Origin: an uncultured delta proteobacterium
Lineage (GTDB): Bacteria > Desulfobacterota > Binatia > DP-6
Length of the DNA: 64,000 nt
NCBI GenBank assembly: GCA_963815115.1
Contig: CAWFFN010000007.1
Span: 352,001-416,000 of the forward strand
Direction: 5' to 3'
Within the stretch, counting starts at the first letter, position 1, and every line of letters starts with the position of its first letter. Made by a program: the position numbers and the translations under genes. This document shows positions 18,882 through 29,367 of the stretch, in pieces. The notes under the pieces are model-generated. The model was not told the origin of the DNA, did no database searches, and worked only from the letters and a program-made list of their open reading frames with translations.

Positions 18882-20560
18882 GCCAGGGGAACGGCGGCGC
18901 GCGACGGCGCGTGCTGGTGGTCGGGCTGGATGCCGCGACCTTCGACCTCATGCTGCCGTGGGCCGAGTCCGGCGTGCTGCCGACGATCGGCCGTCTCATC
19001 CGCGAGGGCATGCGCGCCCCGTTGCGCTCGACGCTCCCGGCGCTGACGCCACCGGGCTGGACCTCGGCCGCGACCGGCCGGAATCCGGGCAAGCACAACG
19101 TGTTCAACTTCTATCGCGGCCGGGCCGGCGGGCTGGAGCCCGCGCCCGTCACACCGGCCGACCTGCGCAGCCCGCGCGTCTGGGACATCGCCGCCCAGCA
19201 GGGCCGGCGGAGCGTCGTGCTGCACATGCCGCTCACGTATCCGCCCGAGGACCGCGTCGGGGTGATGATCTCGGGGATCATGACGCCGAAGGGGGCGGAG
19301 GACTTCGTGGCGCCCGCCGCGCTCAAGGAGACGCTGGCGGCGCGGATTGCCGGCTATCGCATGGAGGTCGACGCCAGCCCCCTCAAGCGTGGTGACCTCG
19401 AGACCTTCCGGCGTGACGCCTTCGACCTCCAGCGCATCCAGACCGAGGAAGCCCTGTACCTCATGCAGCACGAGGACTGGGACCTCTTCTGGGTGATGAC
19501 GCACACCCTCGACAAGCTGCAGCACTTCTTCTGGCGCTACATGGACGCGGATCACCCGGCATATCCGGGTCCGGGCCCGTTCCAGCACGTCATCCGGGAT
19601 TTTCACGTCGCCTTCGACCAGTCGCTGGCGCGCTTCATCGAGGCGGCTCCGGCGGGCACCCCCGTGGTGTTGCTGTCGGATCATGGCTCGGCACCGCTCC
19701 ATAGCTACTTCTGCGTGATGAACTGGCTCGCCGACGCCGGTTTTCTCGCCCTGAACGGCGACAGCGTCGCGCGTCGCGGCCTCGGCGCGGTCGGGGTCGA
19801 CGCGCGGGCCGTGGTGCGGGGGTTGCGGCGAGCGGGTCTCGGCTGGGTGCCGCGCATGGTCCCGCGCGGGCTGAAGCGTGCGGTACCGCAGGCCCTCACG
19901 TCGTTCGGCAAGGTGGCGGGACGGATCGACTGGAGTCGGACCCGTGCCTACTGTCCGTCGGCGCCCGGCAGCGGGCTATGGGTCAACCTGCGGGGCCGGG
20001 AGCCCCAGGGCATCGTCGAGCCGGGCGCGGAGTACGAGCGCGTCGTCGCCGAGCTGCGTGAACGCCTGCTCGCGTATCGCGACCCGCGTACCGGCGCGCC
20101 GGTGGTCGACGCCGTCCACCGACGCGACGATATCTATCACGGACCCCATGCCTCGGAGGGGCCCGACCTGCTCATCGAGACCGCCCGCACCGTGTGCATG
20201 GTGGAGGGGCTCGGCCAGCGAGCGTTGATGAACGCCGGGCGCGGACCCGAGGAGCGCACGGGCAATCACGCCCGCGACGGCATCCTCGTGCTGCACGGGC
20301 CCGACGTGAAGCGAGGCCTGACGCTGCCCCTCGCCGCGATCGAGGACGTGGCGCCCACGGTCCTCTACCTGTTGGGTCTGCCCGTCGATGCAGACATGGA
20401 CGGACACGTTCTCACGGACGCGCTCACGCCCGAGCGCGTGGCTGCCGAGCCCGTCGTGGTGGCGGACACACCGTACGAGCTGCCCGAGAGCGCATTCCGC
20501 TACTCCGCCGAGGACGAGAAACGCATCCAGGACATGCTGGAGGGACTCGGCTACGTATGA
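18878..20560 (+). CDS. Alkaline phosphatase superfamily (type I phosphodiesterase/NPP-like) protein with LGY tail
   Basis: VVGLDAAT; STLPALTPPGWTS; SDHG; GNHARDG; ends YSAEDEKRIQDMLEGLGYV. Confidence 0.88.
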   Translation: MSQGNGGARRRVLVVGLDAATFDLMLPWAESGVLPTIGRLIREGMRAPLRSTLPALTPPGWTSAATGRNPGKHNVFNFYRGRAGGLEPAPVTPADLRSPRVWDIAAQQGRRSVVLHMPLTYPPEDRVGVMISGIMTPKGAEDFVAPAALKETLAARIAGYRMEVDASPLKRGDLETFRRDAFDLQRIQTEEALYLMQHEDWDLFWVMTHTLDKLQHFFWRYMDADHPAYPGPGPFQHVIRDFHVAFDQSLARFIEAAPAGTPVVLLSDHGSAPLHSYFCVMNWLADAGFLALNGDSVARRGLGAVGVDARAVVRGLRRAGLGWVPRMVPRGLKRAVPQALTSFGKVAGRIDWSRTRAYCPSAPGSGLWVNLRGREPQGIVEPGAEYERVVAELRERLLAYRDPRTGAPVVDAVHRRDDIYHGPHASEGPDLLIETARTVCMVEGLGQRALMNAGRGPEERTGNHARDGILVLHGPDVKRGLTLPLAAIEDVAPTVLYLLGLPVDADMDGHVLTDALTPERVAAEPVVVADTPYELPESAFRYSAEDEKRIQDMLEGLGYV

Positions 20561-21345
20561 GGGCGCGCGCGGCCATCTTCTGTCTCCACGACATCGTGCG
20601 AGACGAGCATCTCGCCGAGGTGCCGCTGACGCACCGGCCGTATGCGCTTCCGCCCCAGGAGTTCCGGTCCCATCTGATGGCGGCCCAGGCGGGAGCCCCT
20701 CGGGCCGTCACCGTGGCGCAGGTTCCGGACGAGCTCGCCGGACGCTTCTTCTGCCTCACCTTCGACGACGGAAGTGCCAGCGACTATGGCGAGGCCTTCC
20801 CGGCACTGCTCGAGTTCGGTCTGCGCGCGACGTTCTTCGTGGTGCCGACCCTCATCGGGACCGCCGGCTACGTCACCTGGGCGCAGCTGCGCGAGATGGC
20901 CGCCGCCGGCATGGAGATCGGCAGCCACTCGATGACGCACCCCTTTCTTCACCGGCTGGACGCGGCCGGACTGCGGCGGGAGTTCGGGGAGTCGAAGTCC
21001 ATCCTGGAGGACCGGCTCGGGGCAGCGGTGCGCAGCGCCTCGCTGCCGCGAGGCTGGGAGCCGCCCGGCCTCGAGCAGGTCCTGACCGGCCTCGGCTACC
21101 GTGCCTTCTGCACCAGCCGTGTCGGCTGGTGGCATCCGGGCGACCGTCCGCTCGCCATCCCGCGCGTCGCGGTGCGCCGGGGCATGGCGCCCGACGAGTT
21201 CGTCGCGATCGCGGCCGGCGCGCCCCGCGCGCTCTGGCGCCTCACCGCCGTCGAGGCCGCGAAGAACGCGGCCAAGGCGTGCCTGGGCCACGGCGGCTGG
21301 CAGCGGCTGCGACAGCCCCTGCTGGCCCTGCGGGAGCGCTGGTGA
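20557..21345 (+). CDS. Polysaccharide deacetylase (CE4/NodB)
   Basis: LTFDDG; ATFFV; IGSHSMTHP. Confidence 0.9.
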   Translation: MRARAAIFCLHDIVRDEHLAEVPLTHRPYALPPQEFRSHLMAAQAGAPRAVTVAQVPDELAGRFFCLTFDDGSASDYGEAFPALLEFGLRATFFVVPTLIGTAGYVTWAQLREMAAAGMEIGSHSMTHPFLHRLDAAGLRREFGESKSILEDRLGAAVRSASLPRGWEPPGLEQVLTGLGYRAFCTSRVGWWHPGDRPLAIPRVAVRRGMAPDEFVAIAAGAPRALWRLTAVEAAKNAAKACLGHGGWQRLRQPLLALRERW

Positions 21346-22484
21346 TCGCCGAGATTTCATTCTTCGGCGCTCTGGCCGTCATCGCCTGGGTGTACATCGG
21401 CTACCCCGTGGTGCTGTGGGCGATGGCGATGGTGCGCCGCAGGCCGGTGGGGCGACGCGCGATCGAGCCGTCCGTCTCCCTCATCATCTGCGCCTACAAC
21501 GAGGAGCGCGACATCAGGCGGAAGCTCGAGGAGACGCTCGCCAGCGACTATCCCGCCGACCGCCTCGCGGTGATCGTCGCGTCGGATGGCTCGACCGATC
21601 GGACGGACGACATCGTGCGCGAGTTCGCGCCGCGCGTCCGGCTGCTGCGGGTCGAAGGGCGAGGCGGCAAGACGCTGGCGCAGAATGCCGCCGTCGCGTC
21701 GGCCCGGGGCGACATCCTGGTCTTCTCCGACGTCACGACGGTCTACGAGCCGGGCACCATCCGGGCTCTGGTCGAGAACTTCGCCGATCCCCACGTCGGC
21801 TGCGTGGGGGGCGACCTGCACTATCTGAAGGAGGCGCGCAACCCGTCGGCCGAGGGGCGTGCGCTCTTCTGGAGCTACGAGCGTCAGCTGCGCATCTGGG
21901 AGAGCCAGGTGCACTCGATCATCGGCGTGGCGGGCTGCGTCTACGCCATGCGGCGCGCTCTCTACCAGCCGCTGGATGCCGGCGCGATCAGCGACTTCAT
22001 CCAGCCGGGCAAGGTCACGGAGCGGGGTCACCGGACCGTGCTCGAACCCGCGGGCGTGGCGTACGAGCCGGTCGAGTCGCAGTCGCTGGGGGAGGAGCTC
22101 TACCGCCGGGCGCGAGTCATCACCCGCGGGCTGCGCGGAGCCTTCCACATGCCCGCGCTCCTGAACCCGCTGCGCCATCCCTGGTTCGCGACTTTGCTCT
22201 GGTCGCATCGCGTGCTGCGCTGGCTCGTGCCGGTGTTCCTCCTCGTGCTGCTGGCGGCGAGTGCGGCGCTGGCAGGGCAGGGTGGCCTCTATCGCCTCGC
22301 GCTCGCCGGACAGCTCGCGATCTACGGCACCGGCCTGGTCGCGTTCGGGCTCGAGCGCGCGCGCGTGCGCGTGCCCGGGCTCTTCATCCCGCTCTACTTC
22401 TGCGTCGTGAACCTCGCGCCGCTTCTTGCCCTCGCCTGGCTGGCTCGCGGCGAGCGCAAGGTGGTCTGGGAGACCGGCCGATGA
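21342..22484 (+). CDS. Glycosyltransferase family 2 (membrane-bound)
   Basis: YIGYP; IICAYNEE; SDGSTDRT; C-terminal TM helices. Confidence 0.9.
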   Translation: MIAEISFFGALAVIAWVYIGYPVVLWAMAMVRRRPVGRRAIEPSVSLIICAYNEERDIRRKLEETLASDYPADRLAVIVASDGSTDRTDDIVREFAPRVRLLRVEGRGGKTLAQNAAVASARGDILVFSDVTTVYEPGTIRALVENFADPHVGCVGGDLHYLKEARNPSAEGRALFWSYERQLRIWESQVHSIIGVAGCVYAMRRALYQPLDAGAISDFIQPGKVTERGHRTVLEPAGVAYEPVESQSLGEELYRRARVITRGLRGAFHMPALLNPLRHPWFATLLWSHRVLRWLVPVFLLVLLAASAALAGQGGLYRLALAGQLAIYGTGLVAFGLERARVRVPGLFIPLYFCVVNLAPLLALAWLARGERKVVWETGR

Positions 22485-23503
22485 GCGACGGCGCACGCCG
22501 ACTCGCCCCGCTGATGAAGCGCGTGCTGTTCCACTCCGGCCTGCTCGCGCTCGCGCGGCTGGCGCGCCAGCGGGTTCGCGGAGTCGTCCTGCGCTACCAC
22601 GCCCTGACCGAGGGGCTCGACGAGGTACTCTACGCGGCACCCGACATCTGCCTCCCGGTCGACGCGTTCCGGCTCCAGATGGCGTTCGTCAAGCGTGCCT
22701 ACCGGGTGGTGTCCCTCGACGAGCTGGTGCGGGTGCTGGAGCGGGGTACGCGGCTCCCGCCGCGCGCGCTGGCCGTGACGTTCGACGACGGCTACGCCGA
22801 CAATCACCGGCTGGGCCTCCCGGTGCTCCGGAAGCTCGGCCTGCCGGCGACGGTCTACGTCGCGACGGGAGCGGTGGGCGGCCAGGCGCCGTTCTGGGTC
22901 GGCGCGGTGCGCGCGCTGGTGCTGCGTGCGCCCGGGACGGTCCTCGAGATACCGGGACAGGCGGCGATCGCGCTCGGTGTGCCAGGCCGGCGCGAGGCGG
23001 CGGCGAGGGCGCTGACCCGGGCGCTGGTTCCGCTGTCCGCGCCGGCGCGCGCCGAAGTCCTGGCGAGCGCCGCGGCACGAGCCGGGCTCGACCTGAGCGT
23101 CCTGCTGGCCGGGACCATGCTCACGTGGGAGGAGATCCGGGAGCTGCATGCGGCCGGCTGGACGATCGGAGCGCACACGGTGACGCATGCGAACGTGGCG
23201 CTTGCCACGCCCGAGCAGGCCGAGGCCGACATCGTGGGCTCGCGCGATGCCCTGGCGGCCGCGCTCGGAACGTCGATCGAGCATTTCTGCTACCCGAACA
23301 GTGGCGGTCAGCATCGCTACGTATCGCCCGACGTCGTCGGGATCCTGCGACGCCACGGCTTCCGCTCGGCCACGACCTCACGGCCGGGCGCGCTGCGTCC
23401 AGACGCCGACCGCTTCCAGCTGCCCCGGCTCGGGGTGAGTCCGCGGCTCGGCCCGGTCGTCGAGCTGGCCACCGCGCTCGAGCGCCAGCGGCTGGCGGCC
23501 TGA
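22481..23503 (+). CDS. Polysaccharide deacetylase (CE4)
   Basis: VLRYH; VTFDDGYADN; IGAHTVTH; FCYPN. Confidence 0.9.
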   Translation: MSDGARRLAPLMKRVLFHSGLLALARLARQRVRGVVLRYHALTEGLDEVLYAAPDICLPVDAFRLQMAFVKRAYRVVSLDELVRVLERGTRLPPRALAVTFDDGYADNHRLGLPVLRKLGLPATVYVATGAVGGQAPFWVGAVRALVLRAPGTVLEIPGQAAIALGVPGRREAAARALTRALVPLSAPARAEVLASAAARAGLDLSVLLAGTMLTWEEIRELHAAGWTIGAHTVTHANVALATPEQAEADIVGSRDALAAALGTSIEHFCYPNSGGQHRYVSPDVVGILRRHGFRSATTSRPGALRPDADRFQLPRLGVSPRLGPVVELATALERQRLAA

Positions 23504-23519
23504 CGGGAGACATCGACGC

Positions 23520-25439
23520 ATGTGCGGGATTGCCGGCGAGCTGCGACTGACACCCGGGGAACGGCCCAGTGCGGCGCGGGTGCGGGCGATGTGCGACGTC
23601 ATGGTCCATCGCGGCCCGGACTCGTTCGGCGAGTTCTCCGACGGCGAGGCGGCCCTCGGAATGCGCCGGCTCGCCATCGTCGACGTCGCTGGCGGCCAGC
23701 AGCCCCTGGGCAACGAGGACGGCTCCGTGCAGGTGGTCTGCAACGGTGAGATCTACAACTCCCCGGCGCTCGCTCGCGAGCTCGAGGCCCGCGGCCACAC
23801 GCTGCGCACCCGCTCCGACGTCGAGGTGATCGCGCACCTCTACGAGGAGGACGGCGTCGACGTCGCGGCGCGCCTCGACGGGATGTTCGCATTTGCCCTG
23901 TGGGACACGAAGGCGCACCGCCTCGTCCTCGGCCGCGACCGCGTCGGCATCAAGCCGCTCTACGTGACCCGCCTCGGCGATCGTCTGGTGTGGGGCTCGG
24001 AGGCGAAGTGCCTCCTCGCCGCCGGCCTCGATCCGCAGCTCGACCCGCAGGCGCTGCACGACTATCTCACCCTCGGCTACGTCGCGGGCCCGGCGTCCAT
24101 CTTCGCCGGCGTCCGGCAGCTCGCTCCCGGGCACGTCCTCGTCGCCGAGCCGGGGAAGGAGCCGGTCACCCGGCGCTACTGGTCGCTCGAGGGGCACGTC
24201 GCGGGACGCGAGACGCGGAGCGATGCCGACTGGGAGGCCGAGCTGGTCTCGACGCTGCGCGGCGCGGTGCAGAGCCATCTCATGGCGGACGTTCCGCTCG
24301 GCGTGTTCCTGTCCGGCGGCCTCGATTCGGGCAGCATCGTCGCCCTCATGCACGAGCTGGGGGTGCACCCGATCCGCACCTTCACCATCGGCTTCGAGGA
24401 GAAGAGCTTCAGCGAGCTCGACGAGGCGCGACAGGTCGCGACGCGCTACGGGACCGAGCATCACGAGCTGATCGTCCGGCCCGACGCGATCTCGCTGCTG
24501 CCGCGGCTCGTACGCAGCTTCGACGAGCCCTTCGCGGACTCCTCGGCCATCCCCGTCTTCCACGTCTCCGAGCTGGCCCGGCGCCACGTCACCGTGGTGC
24601 TGTCGGGCGAGGGGGGCGACGAGGTGCTCGCCGGCTACGAGACCTACCGCGCGCGCCGTGTCGCGGCGCTCTACGCGCGCCTGCCGCAGGCGATCGGCCG
24701 GCGGCTCGTCCCGGCGGTGGTGCGGCAGCTTCCGGTCTCGCATGCCAAAGTCAGCTTCGACTACAAGGCGAAACGCTTCGTCACCGGCGCCTATCTGCCC
24801 CCGGCCGCCGGCCACCTCTGGTGGAAGACGATTCTCGACGAGGACGGCAAGGCGGCGCTCTACGGAGACGGTAGGGACGGCCGAGCCCCGACGGTGCGGC
24901 TCTTCGAGGACCTCTTCTCGGAGAGCGACGGCGACGAGCTCGACCGGCTGCAATTTGTCGACACGAAGCTTTACCTGCCGGCCGACATTCTGGTTAAGGT
25001 CGACCGGATGAGCATGCAGCACTCGCTCGAGGCGCGCGTTCCCTTCCTGGACCGCTCGATGCTCGAGCTGTCGCGCCGCATTCCCTCGCGCCTGCGGCTG
25101 CGCGGGATGACGACCAAGTACCTGTTGCGCCGTGCCATGGCGGAACGGCTTCCGCCGGCCGTCCTGAACGGCAAGAAGCGCGGCTTCAACGTACCCATGC
25201 CGGCGTGGCTGGCCGGCGGCCTGCGTGATTTCACGCGTGACGTCCTGGCGCCCGACCGCGTTCGGCGCCAGGGGATCTTCCGCCCGGCGGCGGTCGAGCG
25301 ACTGGTGGCGGAGCACCTGAGCCGTCGGATCGATCACAGCCGCGCAATCTGGACCCTGCTCGTGCTATCGGTCTGGCAGGACGAGTTCCTTCGCGACGTT
25401 CCTCCCGTGCCCCAGCGGGTGGCCGCCGCCTCGCTCTGA
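23520..25439 (+). CDS. asnB: Asparagine synthase (glutamine-hydrolysing) family amidotransferase, probably sugar-amidating
   Basis: MCGIAG; HRGPD; NGEIYN; LSGGLDS; SGEGGDE; KVDRMSM..SLEARVPFLD. Confidence 0.93.
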   Translation: MCGIAGELRLTPGERPSAARVRAMCDVMVHRGPDSFGEFSDGEAALGMRRLAIVDVAGGQQPLGNEDGSVQVVCNGEIYNSPALARELEARGHTLRTRSDVEVIAHLYEEDGVDVAARLDGMFAFALWDTKAHRLVLGRDRVGIKPLYVTRLGDRLVWGSEAKCLLAAGLDPQLDPQALHDYLTLGYVAGPASIFAGVRQLAPGHVLVAEPGKEPVTRRYWSLEGHVAGRETRSDADWEAELVSTLRGAVQSHLMADVPLGVFLSGGLDSGSIVALMHELGVHPIRTFTIGFEEKSFSELDEARQVATRYGTEHHELIVRPDAISLLPRLVRSFDEPFADSSAIPVFHVSELARRHVTVVLSGEGGDEVLAGYETYRARRVAALYARLPQAIGRRLVPAVVRQLPVSHAKVSFDYKAKRFVTGAYLPPAAGHLWWKTILDEDGKAALYGDGRDGRAPTVRLFEDLFSESDGDELDRLQFVDTKLYLPADILVKVDRMSMQHSLEARVPFLDRSMLELSRRIPSRLRLRGMTTKYLLRRAMAERLPPAVLNGKKRGFNVPMPAWLAGGLRDFTRDVLAPDRVRRQGIFRPAAVERLVAEHLSRRIDHSRAIWTLLVLSVWQDEFLRDVPPVPQRVAAASL

Positions 25440-25474
25440 CGCGAGCCTATCCACATGGTCGAGCGGAGAAACCC

Positions 25475-27382
25475 GTGATTGCTCTCGAAGCCAAGGAGTT
25501 CAAGGTCGCCCCCCCTCCGGAGGAGTTCCGCGACCTCGGGCTGCGGGCCGACTCGGCATGGAGCCGCCTCTGGCAGCTCGCGGTTGCTGCCATCGGACTC
25601 CTGCTCCTCCTGCCCGTGTCGATGGCGATCGCGGTCGCCACCAAGCTGACGAGCCGCGGCCCCGTCCTCTACAAGGGGACCCGCATCGGCCGGAACATGG
25701 AGCCCTTCACGATCTTCAAGTTCCGGACGCTCCTGGTCGACGCCGAGCAGCGCATCGGCGCCCGCCTGCTCACGCCCGGTGATCCCCTCTACACGCCCGT
25801 CGGCCGCTTCCTGAAGCGCACCAAGCTGGACGAGATTCCGCAGCTGCTGAACGTCGTGCGCGGGGACATGAACATGGTCGGCCCGCGACCGATCCGGCCG
25901 GTGTTCCTCGCCACCTCGATGCGCGAGATCCGCAACTACGCGGCGCGCTTCGTCGTCCGGCCGGGGATGACGGGCCTGGCGCAGCTCCGCGGCGGCTACT
26001 TCACGCACCCGCGCGACAAGCTGCGCTACGACATCCTCTACATCCGCAACCGCGGCTTCTGGCTCGACTTGAAGCTCGTGGTCGCGACGTTCGTGAAGCT
26101 CCTCAACCGGTGGCTCACGCTCGGCCTGCTCCTGGCGCTCATCTTCCTGAGCGCGTCGTTCGTGCCGGCCGTGTTCCGTTCGCCCTTCGAGCTCGAGCTG
26201 GGCGGATTCCACCTCTCGCCCTTCGAGGGGCTCGGCCTCCTGCTGGCGGCGTTCGTGCTCGTCCGTCAGATCCCCGTCCACCAGCTCTATCTCTATCGCA
26301 CGCCCACCAACCGTCCGATGGTCTGCTTCGTGGTATTCTCCCTGCTCGCGGGCCTCGTCGCCGGTGATCTGGTGCCGCGGCTGCGGGACGCGGCGTACTT
26401 CACGGCGTCGGGCTTCCTGCTCTTCTTCCTGGTGGTGAGCGGCGAGGTGACGGCGGGCTTCGCACGCCGGGCAACCCGGCTGGTCGCGCTGGCGGCGGTG
26501 GCGGTCGCGGTGGTCGGCATCCTCCAGCTGGCGCTGGAGGCGCATGCCCTGGCGGCGGCGGCCGGCGGCTCGGACGGCGGCCTGCCCCGGGTCGCGTCCA
26601 CGCTCGGAAGTCCGGTCGTGCTGGCCGCGTACCTGGTGCTGGGCATCCCGCTCGTGTTCGTCGAGCTGGTATGTGCGGAGCGACGCGAGGAGCGCGATTT
26701 CTGGCTCATCTGCACCACGCTCGTCGTGGTCGCCGTGCTGCTCACCCAGACCCGCCTGTCGCTGCTTGCGCTCTGGCTGACCGGGGTCGTGTTCGCGTGG
26801 CGCGTCTCCCGGCGAGCCTTCCGGCTCGTCCTCGGCGCCGCCCTCGCGCTCCTCGGCGTGCTGGTGATGTCGGGGGCGCTGCGTCTGTCGCCGGCCGACA
26901 TCGGCGCCGAATTCTCGCGGCGGCTCACCGTGACCGCGGCGACGGTATCGGAAGAAGCCATGGGCCTGCGTGGCCTCGTCGGGACCGATCCCGGCAAGGG
27001 CGCAGTTGCCATGGTGGAGGTCGAGCACGGGCCCGACGGCGCCCCCGAACGGGTGCACAACGAGAACATGCACTTGACGCTGGTGCTCCGCACCGGCCTG
27101 ATCGGATGGGCGCTCATCATGTGGGTCATCGGCGCCGCGCTCGCCGGCATCTATCGCGGTAGCGGGGCGGTGAGTGACCGGCGCCTGGCGCTCACGCTCT
27201 GGGCGATCTTCTCCTCGGGCCTCGGCTTCCTCATCTCGATGAGCAACTTCAACGCCTTCTACAATCCGACGATCCAGATCATGTTCTGGGGACTGCTCGG
27301 AATCGGGACTGCGATCGCGACCCACTTCGGGGGCCGGCGGCCGCAGTTCAACGTGATCTACCGCTTCGGGCAGGGCGAATGA
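25475..27382 (+). CDS. Fusion of initiating phosphoglycosyl transferase (Bac_transf) and O-antigen-ligase-like membrane domain
   Basis: N-terminal FKFRT, KLDEIPQLLNVVRGDMNMVGPRP, PGMTGLAQ, DLK; then ~11 TM helices with STLGSPVVLA, LTQTR and ENMHL. Confidence 0.85.
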   Translation: MIALEAKEFKVAPPPEEFRDLGLRADSAWSRLWQLAVAAIGLLLLLPVSMAIAVATKLTSRGPVLYKGTRIGRNMEPFTIFKFRTLLVDAEQRIGARLLTPGDPLYTPVGRFLKRTKLDEIPQLLNVVRGDMNMVGPRPIRPVFLATSMREIRNYAARFVVRPGMTGLAQLRGGYFTHPRDKLRYDILYIRNRGFWLDLKLVVATFVKLLNRWLTLGLLLALIFLSASFVPAVFRSPFELELGGFHLSPFEGLGLLLAAFVLVRQIPVHQLYLYRTPTNRPMVCFVVFSLLAGLVAGDLVPRLRDAAYFTASGFLLFFLVVSGEVTAGFARRATRLVALAAVAVAVVGILQLALEAHALAAAAGGSDGGLPRVASTLGSPVVLAAYLVLGIPLVFVELVCAERREERDFWLICTTLVVVAVLLTQTRLSLLALWLTGVVFAWRVSRRAFRLVLGAALALLGVLVMSGALRLSPADIGAEFSRRLTVTAATVSEEAMGLRGLVGTDPGKGAVAMVEVEHGPDGAPERVHNENMHLTLVLRTGLIGWALIMWVIGAALAGIYRGSGAVSDRRLALTLWAIFSSGLGFLISMSNFNAFYNPTIQIMFWGLLGIGTAIATHFGGRRPQFNVIYRFGQGE

Positions 27383-29364
27383 GCGATCGACCGTCTCGGC
27401 TCGGCGGCGCGATCCGCGGACTCGGCCTCGGGGCGCTCGCCGGCGCGCTCTGGTTCGCCCTGGAGGTGATAGGGAATCGGCTCGGGGGCGGCTTCGTCCC
27501 CGTGCCGCTCCTGATCGCGATGGCGCAGCTCGACCTCGGCCTCGGCGCGGTTGCCGGCGCCGTGCTCGGTGCGTTGTTGCCGCGCGGCGGCCTCGCGCTC
27601 GGACTCGCACTCGCCATGGCCTATGGGTTTCTACGCGTCTTCGAGCCGCCGGGCATGGGGGCCGAGGCGGTCTTCGTGCTGGTTGCCGCCGTCCTGGTCC
27701 TCGGTGCCGTGCGCCTCGCGGACCGCGACGGGACGGGGGTCCTCGCCTTCGTGCACGCAACGCTGCTCGGCGCCCTGGGAGTGCTGGGGTTGGAGACCGT
27801 GCTCGACCAGATGCACGCTCACGCGCTGCGCGGCCTGCGCCTGCCCGTCGCGATCGCGGTTCTTCCGGCCCTGCTGGTGGCCGCGGACTGGCTCGTCGGC
27901 CTGGTGATCCGCCGCCGCGGCATGCGGCTCGCCATCGAGACGGTCGCGGTGCTCGTCACGTGCGCGATGCTCGGCCGGCCGCTCTCGACGGCCCCGCTCG
28001 AGAGCCGCGTGGTCACGGCGGTGCCGCCTCCGGCCGGCACCCCGGACATCTTCCTGGTCTCGCTCGACACGACGCGCGCGGACCACCTCTCGCTCTACGG
28101 CTACGGGCGGCCGACCTCGCCCAACTTGGAAGCGCTGGCGTCGGATGCGCTCGTCTACACCCAGGCACGCTCGGCGGCGGGCTGGACGCTGCCCGGCCAC
28201 GCCTCGATGCTCACGGGCATGTACCCGAGCCGGCACGGCGCGCACCTGGCCGGCGGATGGCTGCCGGGGGAGTCGATCGACGGCCGGCGCAACGTCGCCT
28301 TTCCGCTCGCCGCCGACAAGGTGACGCTGGCCGAGGCGCTGCGCGACCGCGGCTACACCACCGCCGGCTTCGTCGCGAACTTCTCCTATCTCTACCGTGA
28401 TTTCGGCCTGGCCCAGGGCTTCTCGCTCTACGAGGATGCGCCGGGGTTGCTGCTGCGGGTGCGTCCGCCCGCGGTGCGCTTCGCCCAGCGCTTCTCGCCC
28501 GGATTCTGCCTCAAGCCCTATCGCACCGCGCGGGACATCAACCGCCTCGCCCTCGACTGGCTGGACCAGGCGCCTTCGGGCCGACCGGTGTTCGTGTTCG
28601 TGAACTACATGGAGCCGCACCAGCCATGGCTGGCGCCCCCTCCCCACGACCGCTGGGTGTCGGAGTTGCCCCAGGCGCGCGCCCTCGCGACCAAGGACCT
28701 CTATACCCACGAGGTGAAGAACTTCACCCCCGAGGAGATCACCTTCATCCAGGCGAACTACGACGGCCAGGTGGCCGCCATGGATGACGCCCTCGGCGAG
28801 CTGGTTGCGGAGCTGAAGGCGCGCGGGCGCTACGAGCGGTCGCTCATCATCGTCACCGCCGACCACGGCGAGCTGCTCGGCGAGCACGGCTTCGTCGGTC
28901 ACATGGGTCGGATGCTCTACGAGCCCCTCCTGCACATCCCTCTGGTGGTCAAGTTCCCCGGTGCCGACCACCCGCGCGGCCGGGTGGACGGCCCGGTGCA
29001 GACCGTCGACGTCACGCCCACCGCGCTGCACGAGGCCGGCGCCGCGCTGCCGCCGGACGTCCAGGGGCAGGACCTTCGCCACGTGACCCGTCCGAGCCTG
29101 GCCGAGGAGGACATCAATCCCTTCCTGGTGGCCGACTACGGAGAGACCTACGACCGCGCGGTGCGCGTGCTGTTCGACGGCAGCTGGAAGCTCATCTCGA
29201 CGTCACGCGGGCAGCGGATGCTCTTCGATCTTTCCCGCGATCCGGGGGAGACCCACGACCTCGCCGCGGCGGAACCCGAGCGGGTCGACGAGCTCGCGCG
29301 CCGCCTCGAGGATCGCATGAGCACCATGGTCGCCACGGCCGAACCGACCAGGCAGGTGAACTAG
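27379..29364 (+). CDS. Membrane-anchored sulfatase-fold protein (Thr at the nucleophile position, no LGY tail)
   Basis: ~6 N-terminal TM helices; SLDTTRADH; WTLPGHASMLTG; NYMEPH; TADHGE. Confidence 0.85.
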   Translation: MSDRPSRLGGAIRGLGLGALAGALWFALEVIGNRLGGGFVPVPLLIAMAQLDLGLGAVAGAVLGALLPRGGLALGLALAMAYGFLRVFEPPGMGAEAVFVLVAAVLVLGAVRLADRDGTGVLAFVHATLLGALGVLGLETVLDQMHAHALRGLRLPVAIAVLPALLVAADWLVGLVIRRRGMRLAIETVAVLVTCAMLGRPLSTAPLESRVVTAVPPPAGTPDIFLVSLDTTRADHLSLYGYGRPTSPNLEALASDALVYTQARSAAGWTLPGHASMLTGMYPSRHGAHLAGGWLPGESIDGRRNVAFPLAADKVTLAEALRDRGYTTAGFVANFSYLYRDFGLAQGFSLYEDAPGLLLRVRPPAVRFAQRFSPGFCLKPYRTARDINRLALDWLDQAPSGRPVFVFVNYMEPHQPWLAPPPHDRWVSELPQARALATKDLYTHEVKNFTPEEITFIQANYDGQVAAMDDALGELVAELKARGRYERSLIIVTADHGELLGEHGFVGHMGRMLYEPLLHIPLVVKFPGADHPRGRVDGPVQTVDVTPTALHEAGAALPPDVQGQDLRHVTRPSLAEEDINPFLVADYGETYDRAVRVLFDGSWKLISTSRGQRMLFDLSRDPGETHDLAAAEPERVDELARRLEDRMSTMVATAEPTRQVN

Positions 29365-29367
29365 CCG

